From Chrysomallon squamiferum (lineage: Eukaryota > Animalia > Mollusca), in NCBI GenBank assembly GCA_012295275.1, contig CM022679.1:20460001-20524000 (forward strand): DNA of 64,000 bases, written 5' to 3'. The notes beneath the pieces were generated by a model that saw only the letters and a list, made by a program, of their open reading frames with translations, searched no databases and had not been told where the DNA came from. Positions 62,395-64,000 of the stretch are shown piece by piece. Both the position numbers and the translations under genes were made by a program. The first letter of the stretch is position 1, and each line of letters starts with the position of its first letter.

Positions 62395-63993
62395 GCAGGA
62401 AGGAATATTTAATGTACATCTTTCTGAATTGGAGAATTGGATAAAACGGGACATTATACTAACTGATCCTGTTTCCTTAGTTGTACAGAGTAGAAAAACC
62501 CCACAAAAAATAATAACTACATAAAAACCAAACATACAATACTGTCTTAGTATGAAGAATGCAAAATTTGTAGTTAAACGTTCACTACAGAGAAAGTAGA
62601 CTTACTGACAGTAGTTGCTCCATAGTTCTCCATTTTCAATTCTCTCCAGTGTTTCAATATTTTGAGACATTGTCTCACGAAAAAGTCTGTTAATTTCCTT
62701 GAACTCTTGGCTCTGCTGGTCAACCTGAAAATATCAGACAGATATAAATTAAAAAAGTTATTGTTTCTTTTTTTTTTTTTTAAATCCATAAACTCCCCTA
62801 CAATTAATTGTCTTAAATATTTAAATATAATCATTTTAAATAATTTGCAATTTAAAACAATCCACTTTTCGTCATCCTGTTTCTTTTTTGATAATTATTA
62901 AGTTTTTAACATTTGATATCTAAACTGCATTTCAAATAGATTTGAAAAATGAATTAATTTGAAACATGCTTTACCTGTATGGTGCATATAAAATCAGCAA
63001 TCTAAAGACTTTGTTAAATATTTAAGAGGAGATACCAGTGTCAGTAAAGTATAGCCTTGTGATAAGAAATAATGTAAATTTTATTCTCTATACTTTCAGG
63101 TTATGTTTGATTTTTTGTTTGCAATCCCATAGTCAATTAATAATAAAGTATAACAAAGGAAGGTTTCCAGATGAAAAATACCATTTTCCTACAATCACAA
63201 CATCACTGCATACATGATGGATCTATTTGCTTTTTGGATTCTTTTTGTGTTGTCAGGAAAACAGTGCATGCTCTGACTTTGCAAGTCCAATTGCAAGGAG
63301 TATAATAAGTCACCAACAATAATAAAATAATAATTTTAAACTGTAAACGAAACTGTTCAAAACACAGATGTAGCTTTTGGCTGGGGCAGGCACCATAGTT
63401 TGATGTTTACACATTTCAGAATTCAACTTAGGGAGATAAAAAGAATAATAATAAAATTAAAATTAAAGTAATTAATCATATAGGATTGAAGAAAAATTGT
63501 TACACTGTGATTCCCATACACAGATTATTTTTATTCAAGTTTATCTTTCTGTTATGAAAAATGACTCATGGCAGGCAGGCCAGTATTCAAAAGTGAAGTA
63601 TAATATGAATTCATGACAACATTATACTATTGGCTGGTTCATTATCAATTCAAAATAACTATATATATTTATCTGGTTCAGTAGTAAGACTAAAGTATAA
63701 TCTTAAATTAGAATAAAGTTAAACTATTGGCCAGTTGAGTATTAAAACAGAGGTTTAAACTGAAATCAGAATAACTTTATACTGTTGACTAGTATAGCTT
63801 TAAAACAGAAAATAAGAATAATATGCTTCTGTTTTAAAAATGATTGAAAATGAAGCCCATAATTAACTGTACTGAAGTAACTATTTCACACACCTGTTTC
63901 ACTTGATAATGCTCAATCACATCTTTTGATGTTACTTTCCATTCTTTTGGCACAGCACACTTCAACTGGCCATCAGCAACATCATCCACAGTT
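59478..63993 (-). CDS. PARP12: PARP12-like mono-ADP-ribosyltransferase copy 2, last three exons (5' part beyond window end)
   Basis: Exons 63993-63894, 62724-62606, 59880-59478 splice into an open frame: [73 protein letters not shown] triad as in PARP12-type mono-ARTs. Confidence 0.9.
60088..62360. mobile_element. CAGGG-terminal TIR element (hAT-like) with nested MULE remnant, last intron of PARP copy 2
   Basis: Perfect 12-bp inverted termini CAGGGTTCGTAC (60088) and GTACGAACCCTG (ending 62360); TTTCCA-rich subterminal repeats; TSD not clear. Confidence 0.65.
60930..61990 (-). mobile_element. Degenerate, internally rearranged MULE transposase fragment
   Basis: FGPQVKVHGCFYHL, WRKIQTLGLEHQY and PELLDYFDNTYV motifs; ~61060-61200 is partly repeated at ~61296-61420. 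Confidence 0.85.
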
Positions 63994-64000
63994 CTGAAAG

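Larger units (their letters stand above)
58465..64000. repeat. Segmental tandem duplicate of ~47270-50905
   Basis: Colinear 3' flank, exons, introns and intronic transposon remnants, with indels. Confidence 0.95.

Overview
AT-rich, microsatellite-rich eukaryotic (animal, probably lophotrochozoan/mollusc-like) genomic DNA with spliceosomal introns; nothing prokaryotic (no operons, CRISPR, rRNA or tRNA seen). Most track ORFs are spurious, so genes were rebuilt by hand from GT-AG exons. Left to right: (1) a 5'-partial, frameshifted TBCD copy (minus, 5240-10049) head-to-head with a 5'-partial PIGQ copy with three in-frame stops (plus, 12697-13836); (2) a PCDH15/Cad99C-like cadherin (plus, 19843-41028) with about 9 intact EC repeats and no TM exon in the window, an in-phase LDL-receptor class A exon with one TGA in intron 1, a 6.3-kb intronic minisatellite, and single cadherin exons on the opposite strand on both sides; (3) two tandem PARP12/ZAP-family genes (minus), one disrupted and one intact as far as visible, with an unidentified spliced gene fragment between them. 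Mobile elements: a Sola-like foldback element, a deleted Tigger/pogo element, and MULE transposase remnants nested in a CAGGG-TIR element. The window looks like a mosaic of segmentally duplicated gene pieces, though local misassembly cannot be excluded. Family assignments rest on remembered motifs, not database searches.
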